Assembly (NCBI RefSeq): GCF_000015145.1
Contig: NC_008818.1
Span: 1,290,001 to 1,322,000, forward strand
DNA from: Hyperthermus butylicus DSM 5456
GTDB taxonomy: Archaea; Thermoproteota; Thermoprotei_A; Sulfolobales; Pyrodictiaceae
Reading direction: 5' to 3'
DNA: 32,000 nucleotides
Shown here: one piece after another, positions 1 to 8,930 of the stretch
Layout of the letters: each line of letters begins with the position of its first letter
How positions within the stretch are numbered: position 1 is the first letter of the stretch
Position numbers and translations under genes: made by a program
Notes under the pieces: model-generated
Told to the model about the DNA's origin: nothing
The model's input: the letters and a program-made list of their open reading frames with translations, nothing else
Databases searched by the model: none

Positions 1-1
1 T

Positions 2-142
2 GTTAAGCGCGGCGAGAATGCAGAATGCATAATAATAATAGATTTGTCTAAGAGCACGCGAAGTATTGACGAGATAAAATCAGAGCTTTCAGCCATGGAG
101 GATGTCCATTTTGTCCAGATAAAACAGCTGCAGCATAGATAG
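2..142 (+). CDS. C-terminal end of a protein truncated by the window edge (possibly ACT-like tail)
   Basis: Open frame from base 2 to TAG at 140-142: VKRGENAECIIIIDLSKSTRSIDEIKSELSAMEDVHFVQIKQLQHR*. Absent from ORF track because the start lies outside. The ACT-like reading is weak. Confidence 0.5.
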   Translation, partial: VKRGENAECIIIIDLSKSTRSIDEIKSELSAMEDVHFVQIKQLQHR

Positions 143-145
143 CGC

Positions 146-201
146 TCAGTCGGTGGTATGGTCTTCATCGCGGCGGCTCAAGGCGGGTAGAGCTGCATCA
201 C
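146..201 (-). ncRNA. Candidate C/D-box guide sRNA (A)
   Basis: Minus strand: C GTGATGC(201-195), 13 nt, D' TTGA(181-178), 6 nt, C' GCGATGA(171-165), 15 nt, D CTGA(149-146). Flanks pair after the K-turn bulge nucleotide (GCGC/GCGC plus G-U). TATA-like GCTAAAAACC at 240-231 is about 26 nt upstream of the expected 5' end. Confidence 0.5.
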
Positions 202-230
202 GGCGCCCATAAGTATAGTCTAAGTATGCG

Positions 231-240
231 GGTTTTTAGC
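231..240 (-). promoter_or_regulatory. TATA-like element for candidate sRNA A
   Basis: Minus-strand GCTAAAAACC centred about 26-28 nt upstream of the sRNA A terminal stem. Confidence 0.4.
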
Positions 241-311
241 GCTACATTACTTCTTTTACCCTAACATGTTAAGAGGGATTCCAGAGCTGAGTAATAACCC
301 TGGGGAGCTAT

Positions 312-1073
312 ATGGGGTTTAGAGCCGTCTACCCCGCAGCAACAAAGTTTAAGTATATAATCCAGACTATTGCAAAGGTTATGGATGAAATACCATTCAT
401 TGTTGCGCAAGACGGTCTAGACGTAAGAACGCTAACACCTGACAAGACGACAATGATTATACTAAGGCTTCCCGTTACAGCCTTCGAAGAGTACCAGTTA
501 GACGAGGATAAGAAGACATTCATAGTGCTAGCTGACGAGCTTAACAAGGTTGCTAAGCGTGGTACGCGAAATGATATTGTTGAGCTGAAGCTTGACGAGG
601 AGCATCGTAGACTTGAGGTTAACTTCATAGATAAAAAGACTAATGTTGTACGTAGCTTCTATGTATCTCTTCGTGAGGGTACTGTTGAAGAGCTTGCTGA
701 ACCGCAGGTGGAGCTAACGGTTACAGCGAAAATGATGGCTGACGACTTTAAGAATGTTATAAATGATGCAAAGATAGTAAGCGACGAAGTCGAGTTTGCG
801 GCGTACGAGGATAGAATAGAAGTTTATGCTGAGTCGGCTCAGAAGAAGTATATGGGTGTACTCAAGGTTGGCATGCCACTTATAACGTTAAATGTTGAAG
901 GCGGTACCCCGATACGTGCTAAGTACTCGATAGACTTGCTGAAAGCGGCTGTTAAGGCAACAACGGCTGCTAATACCGTAACACTGGAATATGGTGAGGC
1001 ATTGCCGATGAGACTAAGCTTTGACCTGCCCGGCGGCGGGCTGTTAATATACTGGATATCGCCCAGAGTCTAG
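312..1073 (+). CDS. pcn: DNA polymerase sliding clamp (PCNA)
   Basis: 253 aa, archaeal PCNA pattern: FRAVYPAATKFKYIIQTI, DGLDVRTLTPDKTTMIILRLP, C-terminal LSFDLPGGGLLIYWISPRV. Confidence 0.95.
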   Translation: MGFRAVYPAATKFKYIIQTIAKVMDEIPFIVAQDGLDVRTLTPDKTTMIILRLPVTAFEEYQLDEDKKTFIVLADELNKVAKRGTRNDIVELKLDEEHRRLEVNFIDKKTNVVRSFYVSLREGTVEELAEPQVELTVTAKMMADDFKNVINDAKIVSDEVEFAAYEDRIEVYAESAQKKYMGVLKVGMPLITLNVEGGTPIRAKYSIDLLKAAVKATTAANTVTLEYGEALPMRLSFDLPGGGLLIYWISPRV

Positions 1074-1315
1074 CCTCCCTCAAGCTTTCTCAGAAGTTCC
1101 TCTAAGGCCCTCCTAGCTTCCTCAAGCTTAGGCTGGGGCTTGGCTGCAGGCTGTACATGTCTAAGCGTGGGGAACCATGCAGGCCTAGGACATATGCTCC
1201 GCTCGGGGCATGCAAGGCAACAGTATGGACATATAATTCTCTCTGGATGTAGCCAGCACTGCCTGGTTGGGCGGTGTCTTCCACAGATGCTACAGCGCTC
1301 CCAGTAAATGCTCAT
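1070..1315 (-). CDS. Small Cys-rich (putative zinc-binding) conserved protein
   Basis: Track ORF 1070..1426; likely internal start at 1315 (MSIYWERCSICGRHRPTRQCWLHPERIICPYCCLACPERSIC...). Contains several CxxC motifs and is convergent with pcn. Confidence 0.6.
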   Translation of the reverse strand: MSIYWERCSICGRHRPTRQCWLHPERIICPYCCLACPERSICPRPAWFPTLRHVQPAAKPQPKLEEARRALEELLRKLEGG

Positions 1316-1529
1316 GACTGGAAGCCCAGCCTTACACTTAACAATATAGGAACGATATAAAGGGTTGAGGACTAGCCTAGATTTACGGCTGACCGATGAG
1401 AGTGCAGTAATCGCGGCGGGGCACAATACTCGAGGTAAGCCCCGTTTTGTAGGCTGCCTCGAGGGATGATGCCGTGGCCAAAAATTAAAGAGTTTAAGTC
1501 CAAGGAACTAGGAGCAACAGTTAGAATGG

Positions 1530-1922
1530 GTGACAGCTTTGGCGAAGGTTATAGTTGAAGTAGATATGGCCAAGTACAAGCACGTAGATCTCTCTGCGCA
1601 AACAGCCCTACAGCTATTGGAGAAAATAGAAGAAAGACTGGGCTATAAGACTCAAGATGTTGAGGAAGCTAAGAGATATATACGGAACTTCAAGGAATTC
1701 TATGAGTACATGCGTAAAAAGTTTAAGGATTATCTTGCGCCACCTCGCAGGCCTGACGACTATATTAGGGGTCGAGTTGTTGTGGACAAGATAAAGCTGT
1801 ACACAAGCGATAATGGCGAAGAACGTGTTGTAATAATATTTGATAGAAGAATTGATGTAGGTCTTATTGAGCAGGTACTCCGTGAGCTAGGGTTTGAGGT
1901 TGAGGTGGAACGTGCTTTTTGA
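1530..1922 (+). CDS. Hypothetical protein, 130 aa
   Basis: GTG start, full-length ORF with coherent alpha/beta composition, upstream AT-rich element (ccaaaaattaaag). Confidence 0.7.
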   Translation: MTALAKVIVEVDMAKYKHVDLSAQTALQLLEKIEERLGYKTQDVEEAKRYIRNFKEFYEYMRKKFKDYLAPPRRPDDYIRGRVVVDKIKLYTSDNGEERVVIIFDRRIDVGLIEQVLRELGFEVEVERAF

Positions 1923-1969
1923 GCTTCTAGTCTATGCCGAGTCATAGGTCGCTTTATCCTTCCATTGCG

Positions 1970-2236
1970 CTACTTTTTCCTTGCTCGGCGTCGCTTCTCG
2001 AGAGATGGTATTGCTATCGACTGTAGCATTGTGATGGCTTCTTCAGTTCTATATTCTCCCTTAGCGAGCTTCTCTATTATTTCCGTTCTTGCGACCATAG
2101 CTTCTAGAAGAGCGGCATTTACATCTATGTCTACAGTAACGACTTCCTCTTCAGCCTCCTCTTCAGCTGTTGTTATTGTTACTTCCCCTTCCTCTATGGG
2201 TTCTGTCACAAACTCCTCCTCCGACATAGAAGCCAC
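1970..2236 (-). CDS. rpo13: Probable archaeal RNA polymerase subunit Rpo13
   Basis: 88 aa with acidic N-terminus, a short helical core (ALLEAMVARTEIIEKLAKGEYRTEEAITML) and a basic tail (EKRRRARKK). This is the layout of Sulfolobus Rpo13, whose recalled core is ELLMKNTEIWDNLLNGKISVDEAKRLF. Confidence 0.6.
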   Translation of the reverse strand: MASMSEEEFVTEPIEEGEVTITTAEEEAEEEVVTVDIDVNAALLEAMVARTEIIEKLAKGEYRTEEAITMLQSIAIPSLEKRRRARKK

Positions 2237-2305
2237 CTTTTAAGGCATTCTTGTATTCCATATAGCCGACACACAGCTACAGCTGCTGTAGTAATATTTT
2301 CTACC

Positions 2306-4231
2306 CTAATCGCGGGTAAGATCTTCTACGTCTATCCTTACAAGAAGTGGTGTTCTAATTTCAGGATCACGTATGATAGCATAGCCTGGCTTGATTATAT
2401 GCAGTGTTAGCTCTAGAGCAGCTCGGTGTTCCTCGTTTACTTCAACTGCAAGACTTTGTGCAAGATACTTTACTACTTTGGGCTCATCATGCCTCAGTAC
2501 TATTCGAAGCAGCGTGTTTGCAAGGATCATTTCGTCTAGTTCATTGGGTTGTTGCGTGATTATGAGTAGGGCTACGCCGTATTTTCTCAATTCTGCTGCA
2601 TAGTTTCCCACTATGCTGCCAGCAACATCTCTTGATGCAAATATGTGTGCCTCATCTATCACTATTAGGAAGTCAAGCTTGTCTGATTGACCCCGCTGCT
2701 TGAAATACGTATATAGGCGTCTTAGAAGTGTATTTACTGTAAGTACTTGTTGCACTGTGGAGGGTGTCCCTGATAAATCAATTATCGTTACGTGACCTGG
2801 CCTCAGCATCTCTCGGGGGTTAATCGTTCTACCGCTAAAGAGGCTCAGTTCGAGACTGCGTATATGCATTAGCAGTCTTAGGCCACGCTCGTCGTTTCGT
2901 GCTATTCTCGCGAGAATTTGTGTTAAGTCCCTAAGTGTTGGTGGCTCCCTATTCCAGGTTGTAGGGTCTTCAAGCATGATTCCCTTAGCTTCATAGGCTA
3001 GTCTAAGTGCTTCCTCGAGGAGTTCTGCTTGTAAGGGGCCAAGCCTAAACAGCTTCCTAAATAGCTCTACGAGTTCTACAATACGCTCCGATGGGTTAAA
3101 CCCCATATGATCAAGGGGGTTTATTGATATCTTGCTTACATCGAGGTGTATTAGTGGTATTCTATCTGATAGTTTTGCTTTGTACTCGCCATGAGGATCT
3201 ATTACCACTACGGCAAGGTCATTGTGTGTTTCTATTGCAGCCATTATAATTCTTGACGCTAGTGTAGTTTTGCCCGAGCCCGTTACTCCTGTCACCAATG
3301 CATGTATAGGTCTTGAGAGTAATGGCTTGTAGGGTATCGGCTTACGTAGCCTTTCCCACCAGTAGATATAGCCAGCGCCTATATGGCCTTCGATTCTATA
3401 TTTTCTCCTTGGCAGCTTAGCTAGGTATGCTAGCGCATACCCTATAGGTTCGGCTCTTCTGGCTTCCAGTGTGCGTGCAGCCTCTAGCTCTTCCAGATTT
3501 AGTGCTGCTATTAGCGCAAGTACTGTATAAGGGGCTATAGGTGTCGTTACGCCTGCTAGTAGTACTTCTAGCGGTAGTATAGCCATCTTGTCTGTTTCGT
3601 GTGCTCCGGCGTTTGCTGAAAGGGCAATGAGCACAAGTGGGGTTACAGCCAATACTGTGGTATCGTAGAATATAGGTGTCCGTGATGTTGCGTAGATTAC
3701 TTTCAGTGTTGCATATAGTGGTAGTGTATAGGCCGTTGTAAGATATAGTACTTGGTGGGGATTCTTGCATAGGCTATCTCTCAGATTATGTTTTGACAGT
3801 TTTTCCATGAACTCATCAACATATACTCCCCTGAAGTATCTTACCCCAAAGAAGGCTAGGAGTCCAAGATTGATTAACGCTGCTGTACTAGTTAGCGCCG
3901 CGGCAAATACTACTTCAAGGGAGAGTTCGGGCTGAATTTCCCTACCTATAAGCGGTGTCACTGGGTATAGTAGTAGTTGCATGCTAAGGTCTCCTAGTGT
4001 CTCAAGGGCAAATACTATGCTACTTACGGCTAGGTATATGAGAGCTATGGCTGACACTACTGCTGAACTTGTTGTTAGCGGTACTATTACGGCTGCTACT
4101 GCGATTGGTATTTGTAAGGGATAGCCTAAGGCTAACACTAGTGCCAGTGTTATGGCTACAGCTGCTAGCGATGCTAATAACCTGGTATCCAGTACAGCTA
4201 CCCTGGCGGTAATTGGGCCGTATCGTAGCAA
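2306..4231 (-). CDS. Membrane-anchored HerA/VirB4-family ATPase (CedB-like candidate)
   Basis: 641 aa. Multiple hydrophobic helices in the N-terminal half, Walker A VTGVTGSGKTTLASR, DPHGEY, Walker B DFLIVIDEAHIF, TQQPNEL. Confidence 0.8.
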   Translation of the reverse strand: MLRYGPITARVAVLDTRLLASLAAVAITLALVLALGYPLQIPIAVAAVIVPLTTSSAVVSAIALIYLAVSSIVFALETLGDLSMQLLLYPVTPLIGREIQPELSLEVVFAAALTSTAALINLGLLAFFGVRYFRGVYVDEFMEKLSKHNLRDSLCKNPHQVLYLTTAYTLPLYATLKVIYATSRTPIFYDTTVLAVTPLVLIALSANAGAHETDKMAILPLEVLLAGVTTPIAPYTVLALIAALNLEELEAARTLEARRAEPIGYALAYLAKLPRRKYRIEGHIGAGYIYWWERLRKPIPYKPLLSRPIHALVTGVTGSGKTTLASRIIMAAIETHNDLAVVVIDPHGEYKAKLSDRIPLIHLDVSKISINPLDHMGFNPSERIVELVELFRKLFRLGPLQAELLEEALRLAYEAKGIMLEDPTTWNREPPTLRDLTQILARIARNDERGLRLLMHIRSLELSLFSGRTINPREMLRPGHVTIIDLSGTPSTVQQVLTVNTLLRRLYTYFKQRGQSDKLDFLIVIDEAHIFASRDVAGSIVGNYAAELRKYGVALLIITQQPNELDEMILANTLLRIVLRHDEPKVVKYLAQSLAVEVNEEHRAALELTLHIIKPGYAIIRDPEIRTPLLVRIDVEDLTRD

Positions 4232-4256
4232 GGATAGCTAAACCTCGTGCGAGGCT

Positions 4257-7133
4257 GTGGAGGGCTTGCCCAGGGGTTTTGGCCAGACCAGTGTACAGGG
4301 CGCGTTTAGGCTACTGCACCCCGTGCTTAGAGCGGTACTCCCTAGGTACGGGTATATAAGGCCGACAGAGATCCAGGAGAAGGCTATACCGCTCATACTT
4401 CGTGGGAACCATGTACTTATTGTTGCTCCTACAGGTAGTGGTAAGACTGAGGCTGCACTCCTCCCTGCTATGAGTTCCATCCTGCCTATGCGCGGGTTTA
4501 CCGGGAAGATATATGTGGTTTACATTACGCCTCTCCGTAGCTTAAACCGTGACATCTTTGCGAGAATGAAATCGCTCGCTTCAAGTGTTGGACTTAGGCT
4601 TGAAGTACGGCATGGTGATAGTACGGAGCTCGAGAAGAGGAGATTTCTCGAGAATCCGCCGCACATAATGATTACTACGCCTGAATCATTCTATTTCCTG
4701 CTTAGCGTTGAGAAGTTTAGGGAGGCGATAAGCGAGCTTAAGTACGTTATAGTTGATGAGGTACACGAACTCGTTGGGGACAAGAGAGGTGCTGAGCTGA
4801 GCCTAGCGCTTGAACGTGCTATATCACTCTATGTTAAGGGTAAGGTACAACTTGTAGGGCTTTCTGCAACTGTTGCCGAGCCTGAGCTTGTTGTCCGTAA
4901 ACTCTTTGGCTCTAGGTATGTTCGCATTGTTGAGGCTAGTATGGCAAGAAAGTATAATGTAGGAGTGGTTTTGCCTAGCAGGGACAATACTGTTAATGGA
5001 CTCGAACTCTCGGAGTTTAACGAAGAGCTTTACGAGGATACAATTGATCGTATTGCGTATATAGCGAATGTTATACGTGAGAAAGGATCGGTCATAGTAT
5101 TCACTAATACGCGTGACACGGCTGAGCTTATAGGCGCTCTCCTAAAGAAGGTTCTAGGCGAGAATAGTATTGAAGTGCATCATGGGAGCCTTAGCAGGGA
5201 ACACAGACTGTCCATAGAGGAAAGGTTTCGCAAAGGCGAGATAGCGGCTCTAGTTGCTACTTCTAGTCTCGAACTAGGCATAGACATCGGTCATGTTGGC
5301 TATGTTGTACAATACCTATCACCTAGGCAGGTTGTTAAACTCGTTCAGCGTGTTGGCCGTGCGCGTCATCGCGCTGGGGAGGCTGCGGCGGGTGTTGTTG
5401 TAGCTTCGCGTAATCTTTTCGACGTATTAGAGTCTGCAGTTATAGCTGCCAGAACTAGTAGAGGTAACCTTGAAAAGCTTAAGCCTCCGCATGCGCCGCT
5501 TGATGCCCTTGTGCACCAGGTTGCTGGTACCGTCATAGAAAACCCTGGTATAGACATCGGCAAGCTATACCTTCTAGTGACGAGGAGCGGATTCTATGAG
5601 GGCCTAGATTTTGACGAGTTTATGGCAGTACTCTCCTACATGGAGCATGCTGGGATAATCCGCATACGTGACGGCAAGCTCTATCCGGGGAGAAAGTGTA
5701 TGAGCTATTACTTCAACTCAACAATGATAACGGAAAGCATTCAGTATCCAGTATATGATGTGGTTAGCGGTAAGAGGATAGGACTACTTGATGAAGAGTT
5801 TGTGGCTTCGCTCGATGTTGGCGAGAAGTTTGTGCTCGCAGGAAGAGTTTGGGAGGTTGTAGGCTTTGACGAAAACGGGGTTCGTGTTAAGCCTTCTAGC
5901 GAGGATAGACTCATACCCCCCGCATGGGAGGGCGATCTCATACCTGTAGAGCATAACGTTGCTAGAGAGGTTGCTAGTATTCTCCGTAGATTCGGAGAGG
6001 GGCACACGGAAGTTCTGGACATGTACCCTCTTAGCGATACGGCACGCCGCTACGTTGGTGAAAAGCTCCTACAGGCTATGCGTGAACTAGGATTTCTACC
6101 GCACGATAGAAGGATACTTGTAGAACACTATGGTGATACTTATGTTGTCTATGTTTTCCTTGGCAGTAGGGGTAACAAGTCGTTAGAATACCTCCTAGCC
6201 TACTACATATCGCAAATTAAGGGTTACAACGTATTATCGGCAAGTACACCTTACGCGATTGTGCTTAAGCTTCCAGAACGCAGTGAACCAGGACTCGTAG
6301 AGATGGTTATCAAGAGGCTAGCAGAGCTACCGCCCAGCACATTAGAGGAAATGTATGTTGAAGCCGTAAAGAAGAGCAGGCTATACAGCTGGATACTATA
6401 CCGTGTAGCTCAGCGTGCTGGTGCTCTCCCTGCATCAAGGAGGGCACGTGACCCCTCAATGCTAAAGAGGGTCGTAGCTCAACTCGCCAACACGATACTT
6501 GGTGTTGAAGCCCTAAGAGAATTCGAGAATAGGAAAGGCAATCTAGAAGTTGTCAAGGCTCTGCTTCGAGATGTCGGGAAGGGTTATGTTCTAATAAGCA
6601 CCGTGTCAAGGCGTAATCCTTCACCGTTGACGGAAGACATTATCTCCGAGGCACTTTTTAGCGATAGGGTTGTAAGAACCCAGATGCCAGCAACACTTGT
6701 TGCAGAAGCCGTTAAGAGGCGTATCAAAGCGAGACAGGTTATACTCATATGTCTGGTCTGTGGCTACAAGTGGCAGCGTAGGGTATCCGAGCTGCCTCAA
6801 GAGATAAAGTGTCCAAATTGTTCATCAAAACTAGTCTACGTTACAACCGTTGAGGAAAAAGCTAGAGATGCCAGCATGCTAGCTATGAAGCGTAAACGTG
6901 TTGGACTATCGCGAAGCGAGAATAAGAGGATGCGCGAGTACATCGAGGTTGCAAATCTAGTAATGGACTATGGCAGGTATGCTGTAGAGGCGTTGGTTGC
7001 TCGTGGTGTAGGTGTTTCAACGGCGAGGCGTGTATTGCAAAAACTTGTATTTAGCGAGGATGCCTTCTATAAGGCTCTTGTAGAGGCTGAAGCAAAGTAT
7101 TACAAGTATGCGTATAAGCTTAGGAAGAAATAG
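4257..7133 (+). CDS. Lhr-type superfamily 2 DEAD/DEAH helicase
   Basis: 958 aa. APTGSGKTEAALLP, ITPLRSLNRDIF, TTPESFYFLLS, VDEVHEL, GLSATV, ATSSLELGIDIG, QRVGRARHR; C-terminal CxxC...CxxC zinc motif (CLVCGYKW...CPNCSSKL). Confidence 0.9.
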   Translation: MEGLPRGFGQTSVQGAFRLLHPVLRAVLPRYGYIRPTEIQEKAIPLILRGNHVLIVAPTGSGKTEAALLPAMSSILPMRGFTGKIYVVYITPLRSLNRDIFARMKSLASSVGLRLEVRHGDSTELEKRRFLENPPHIMITTPESFYFLLSVEKFREAISELKYVIVDEVHELVGDKRGAELSLALERAISLYVKGKVQLVGLSATVAEPELVVRKLFGSRYVRIVEASMARKYNVGVVLPSRDNTVNGLELSEFNEELYEDTIDRIAYIANVIREKGSVIVFTNTRDTAELIGALLKKVLGENSIEVHHGSLSREHRLSIEERFRKGEIAALVATSSLELGIDIGHVGYVVQYLSPRQVVKLVQRVGRARHRAGEAAAGVVVASRNLFDVLESAVIAARTSRGNLEKLKPPHAPLDALVHQVAGTVIENPGIDIGKLYLLVTRSGFYEGLDFDEFMAVLSYMEHAGIIRIRDGKLYPGRKCMSYYFNSTMITESIQYPVYDVVSGKRIGLLDEEFVASLDVGEKFVLAGRVWEVVGFDENGVRVKPSSEDRLIPPAWEGDLIPVEHNVAREVASILRRFGEGHTEVLDMYPLSDTARRYVGEKLLQAMRELGFLPHDRRILVEHYGDTYVVYVFLGSRGNKSLEYLLAYYISQIKGYNVLSASTPYAIVLKLPERSEPGLVEMVIKRLAELPPSTLEEMYVEAVKKSRLYSWILYRVAQRAGALPASRRARDPSMLKRVVAQLANTILGVEALREFENRKGNLEVVKALLRDVGKGYVLISTVSRRNPSPLTEDIISEALFSDRVVRTQMPATLVAEAVKRRIKARQVILICLVCGYKWQRRVSELPQEIKCPNCSSKLVYVTTVEEKARDASMLAMKRKRVGLSRSENKRMREYIEVANLVMDYGRYAVEALVARGVGVSTARRVLQKLVFSEDAFYKALVEAEAKYYKYAYKLRKK

Positions 7134-7203
7134 GCGAGTGTTAGTTTCAGCTATGTCTGTGGCGGTTAGGCGTTTAGATGGCTCGGGAATAGTAGGGTAA
7201 GGA

Positions 7204-7467
7204 ATGGCGGACATAACGGAATTCATAAACATGTTGACCATTAGGATAGTGAGCATTGCTTGGGGCTTGTTCCTCCTAGCATGGAGTATCGGCTGGCTAC
7301 TCAAGGGCGCACCGATCCCGTTTGCACGGCTCAAACGGACAGGACAAGACCTCGTAGAGGATGCAGTATGGGCTGCCTTTTGGCTTGCTGTGGGCTCCTC
7401 AATATTTGCACTAATATCCTACGTAGTTAGCAATGTCGCTCCAAACCCTACCGTTCCACAGCCCTAG
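7204..7467 (+). CDS. cedA1: Small two-TM membrane protein, CedA1-like (conjugative-pilin-like)
   Basis: 87 aa. Two hydrophobic helices flank a short polar loop (PIPFARLKRTGQDLVEDAVWAA), immediately upstream of cedA-like. Confidence 0.7.
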   Translation: MADITEFINMLTIRIVSIAWGLFLLAWSIGWLLKGAPIPFARLKRTGQDLVEDAVWAAFWLAVGSSIFALISYVVSNVAPNPTVPQP

Positions 7468-7476
7468 CCATGGTGG

Positions 7477-8925
7477 TTGATGATGACAGAGCCCAGTCTG
7501 ACAATGTTAGAGCCCATAGAGTTTCTAGCTATAGCTTCTCAGCTCGCAGTCCTAACTTACTATCTTGGCGTATTAATATATGCTCTGCCACTGCCAATCT
7601 ATAGGCTGAAAAAGTGGGCACCAATACTTATACAAGACTCGATATGGGCTGCCATATTAATATTCACGTACTCGTTACTACTAAGCTTCTCAGATAGCCT
7701 GGCAGGCTATAGCGGTATTAGTCTAGAATCCCTCGTGGCCTACATGCAGCTCGTAATCGCAATAGTTATGTCAGTAAACTTTATAGCAAGAGCTTTTATT
7801 ACTTCACTCTCAATGCTACCTGTTAGCCTACACCACGTAGCGAGCGTCATCCTCCTACCAATCCACATGTTCCAATACGGGATAATCCTATCCTCAACCA
7901 TGGTAATGATATTGGCTCTAATCCTTATTGGTGCCAAGGCTAAGCTTGCAGCACTAGGGATAACACTTATAGCAATGCCCTTCAGAATCGGTAGAAATGC
8001 AGGAGCATCAATACTCGCATTCGTACTAGTAGCCAATGTTATGCTGCCATTTCTACCTTATTGGATTGGTCTTATACTATCTAGTATTGGTCTAGCATAT
8101 GATGATATAGCAACTTACAATTCTACGATGTATGTAAACATGTGGGGCACCATATCGGACCAGTATGGGGGCTATCCAGCTGGCGGCGTTATACTATTCA
8201 TGAAGCCCGATGACCCTGATACAAGGTATTGGTTTAAAGTGCATAACGATGGAACATACTACATAAATAGACCATTCAAATACATAAGGGCTGGAGACTA
8301 TATAGTCTACATGGAGTATCTTGGGTACCTAGTTCACCTAATTCCAACCTACGTCAAGTTGCCTGATAACGCCTCTCTAACTTATAGGCTTTCAACCGCA
8401 GAGTATGAGCTACATTTTCGTGCAGCCGAGAACTATGTATTTTTACGTCCTCACGGTGTGTTAATACCAGCATCATGCAAAATTGATGGCTTCGAGAGAT
8501 ACGTTAATGGTGTAAAGCTGGTATGTTTGCCCACGAATAGCATTTTACAGTTATATCTTGCCTATCCAGAGCAGTGTAGTGTAGACCTAGAGTCTAATGC
8601 AAGTATGACGCTTACATCTGTAGAGTTAGTACCTTGGTATGGAATTCTGGTGGTTAAGAAAGAGTATAGAGCTAGTGTAGACGAGTCTACAAGGCTCGAA
8701 ATCAAAGCTAATGTGGTTTGTAGAGGTGCTGTACCAGAACTTCAGGTTGAAGAAGGGGTAGCAGAGCCCAAGAAAAGTGCACTTGTAGAGCTTTTGACGC
8801 TAATAACGTTCTTTATAGCATATCCTGTTGCTGTATTCTCGTATTTAACAGTCATGTCGATGGTTACGCTTGCAGTTGCAAGACTATTGGGTGCACTTTC
8901 ACCAAGGATTATATTTGATTACTAA
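7477..8925 (+). CDS. cedA: Polytopic membrane protein, CedA-like (DNA-import channel candidate)
   Basis: 482 aa. At least six N-terminal TM segments, a large polar domain, then C-terminal TMs. Lies between two small two-TM proteins and a HerA-like ATPase. Confidence 0.75.
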   Translation: MMMTEPSLTMLEPIEFLAIASQLAVLTYYLGVLIYALPLPIYRLKKWAPILIQDSIWAAILIFTYSLLLSFSDSLAGYSGISLESLVAYMQLVIAIVMSVNFIARAFITSLSMLPVSLHHVASVILLPIHMFQYGIILSSTMVMILALILIGAKAKLAALGITLIAMPFRIGRNAGASILAFVLVANVMLPFLPYWIGLILSSIGLAYDDIATYNSTMYVNMWGTISDQYGGYPAGGVILFMKPDDPDTRYWFKVHNDGTYYINRPFKYIRAGDYIVYMEYLGYLVHLIPTYVKLPDNASLTYRLSTAEYELHFRAAENYVFLRPHGVLIPASCKIDGFERYVNGVKLVCLPTNSILQLYLAYPEQCSVDLESNASMTLTSVELVPWYGILVVKKEYRASVDESTRLEIKANVVCRGAVPELQVEEGVAEPKKSALVELLTLITFFIAYPVAVFSYLTVMSMVTLAVARLLGALSPRIIFDY

Positions 8926-8930
8926 GGTTA

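Noticed and set aside
2480-2520. Minus-strand CTGA-ggc-ATGATGA resembling D'-C' boxes inside the 641-aa ATPase gene
   Set aside because: No downstream D box and no terminal stem; chance occurrence in coding sequence.
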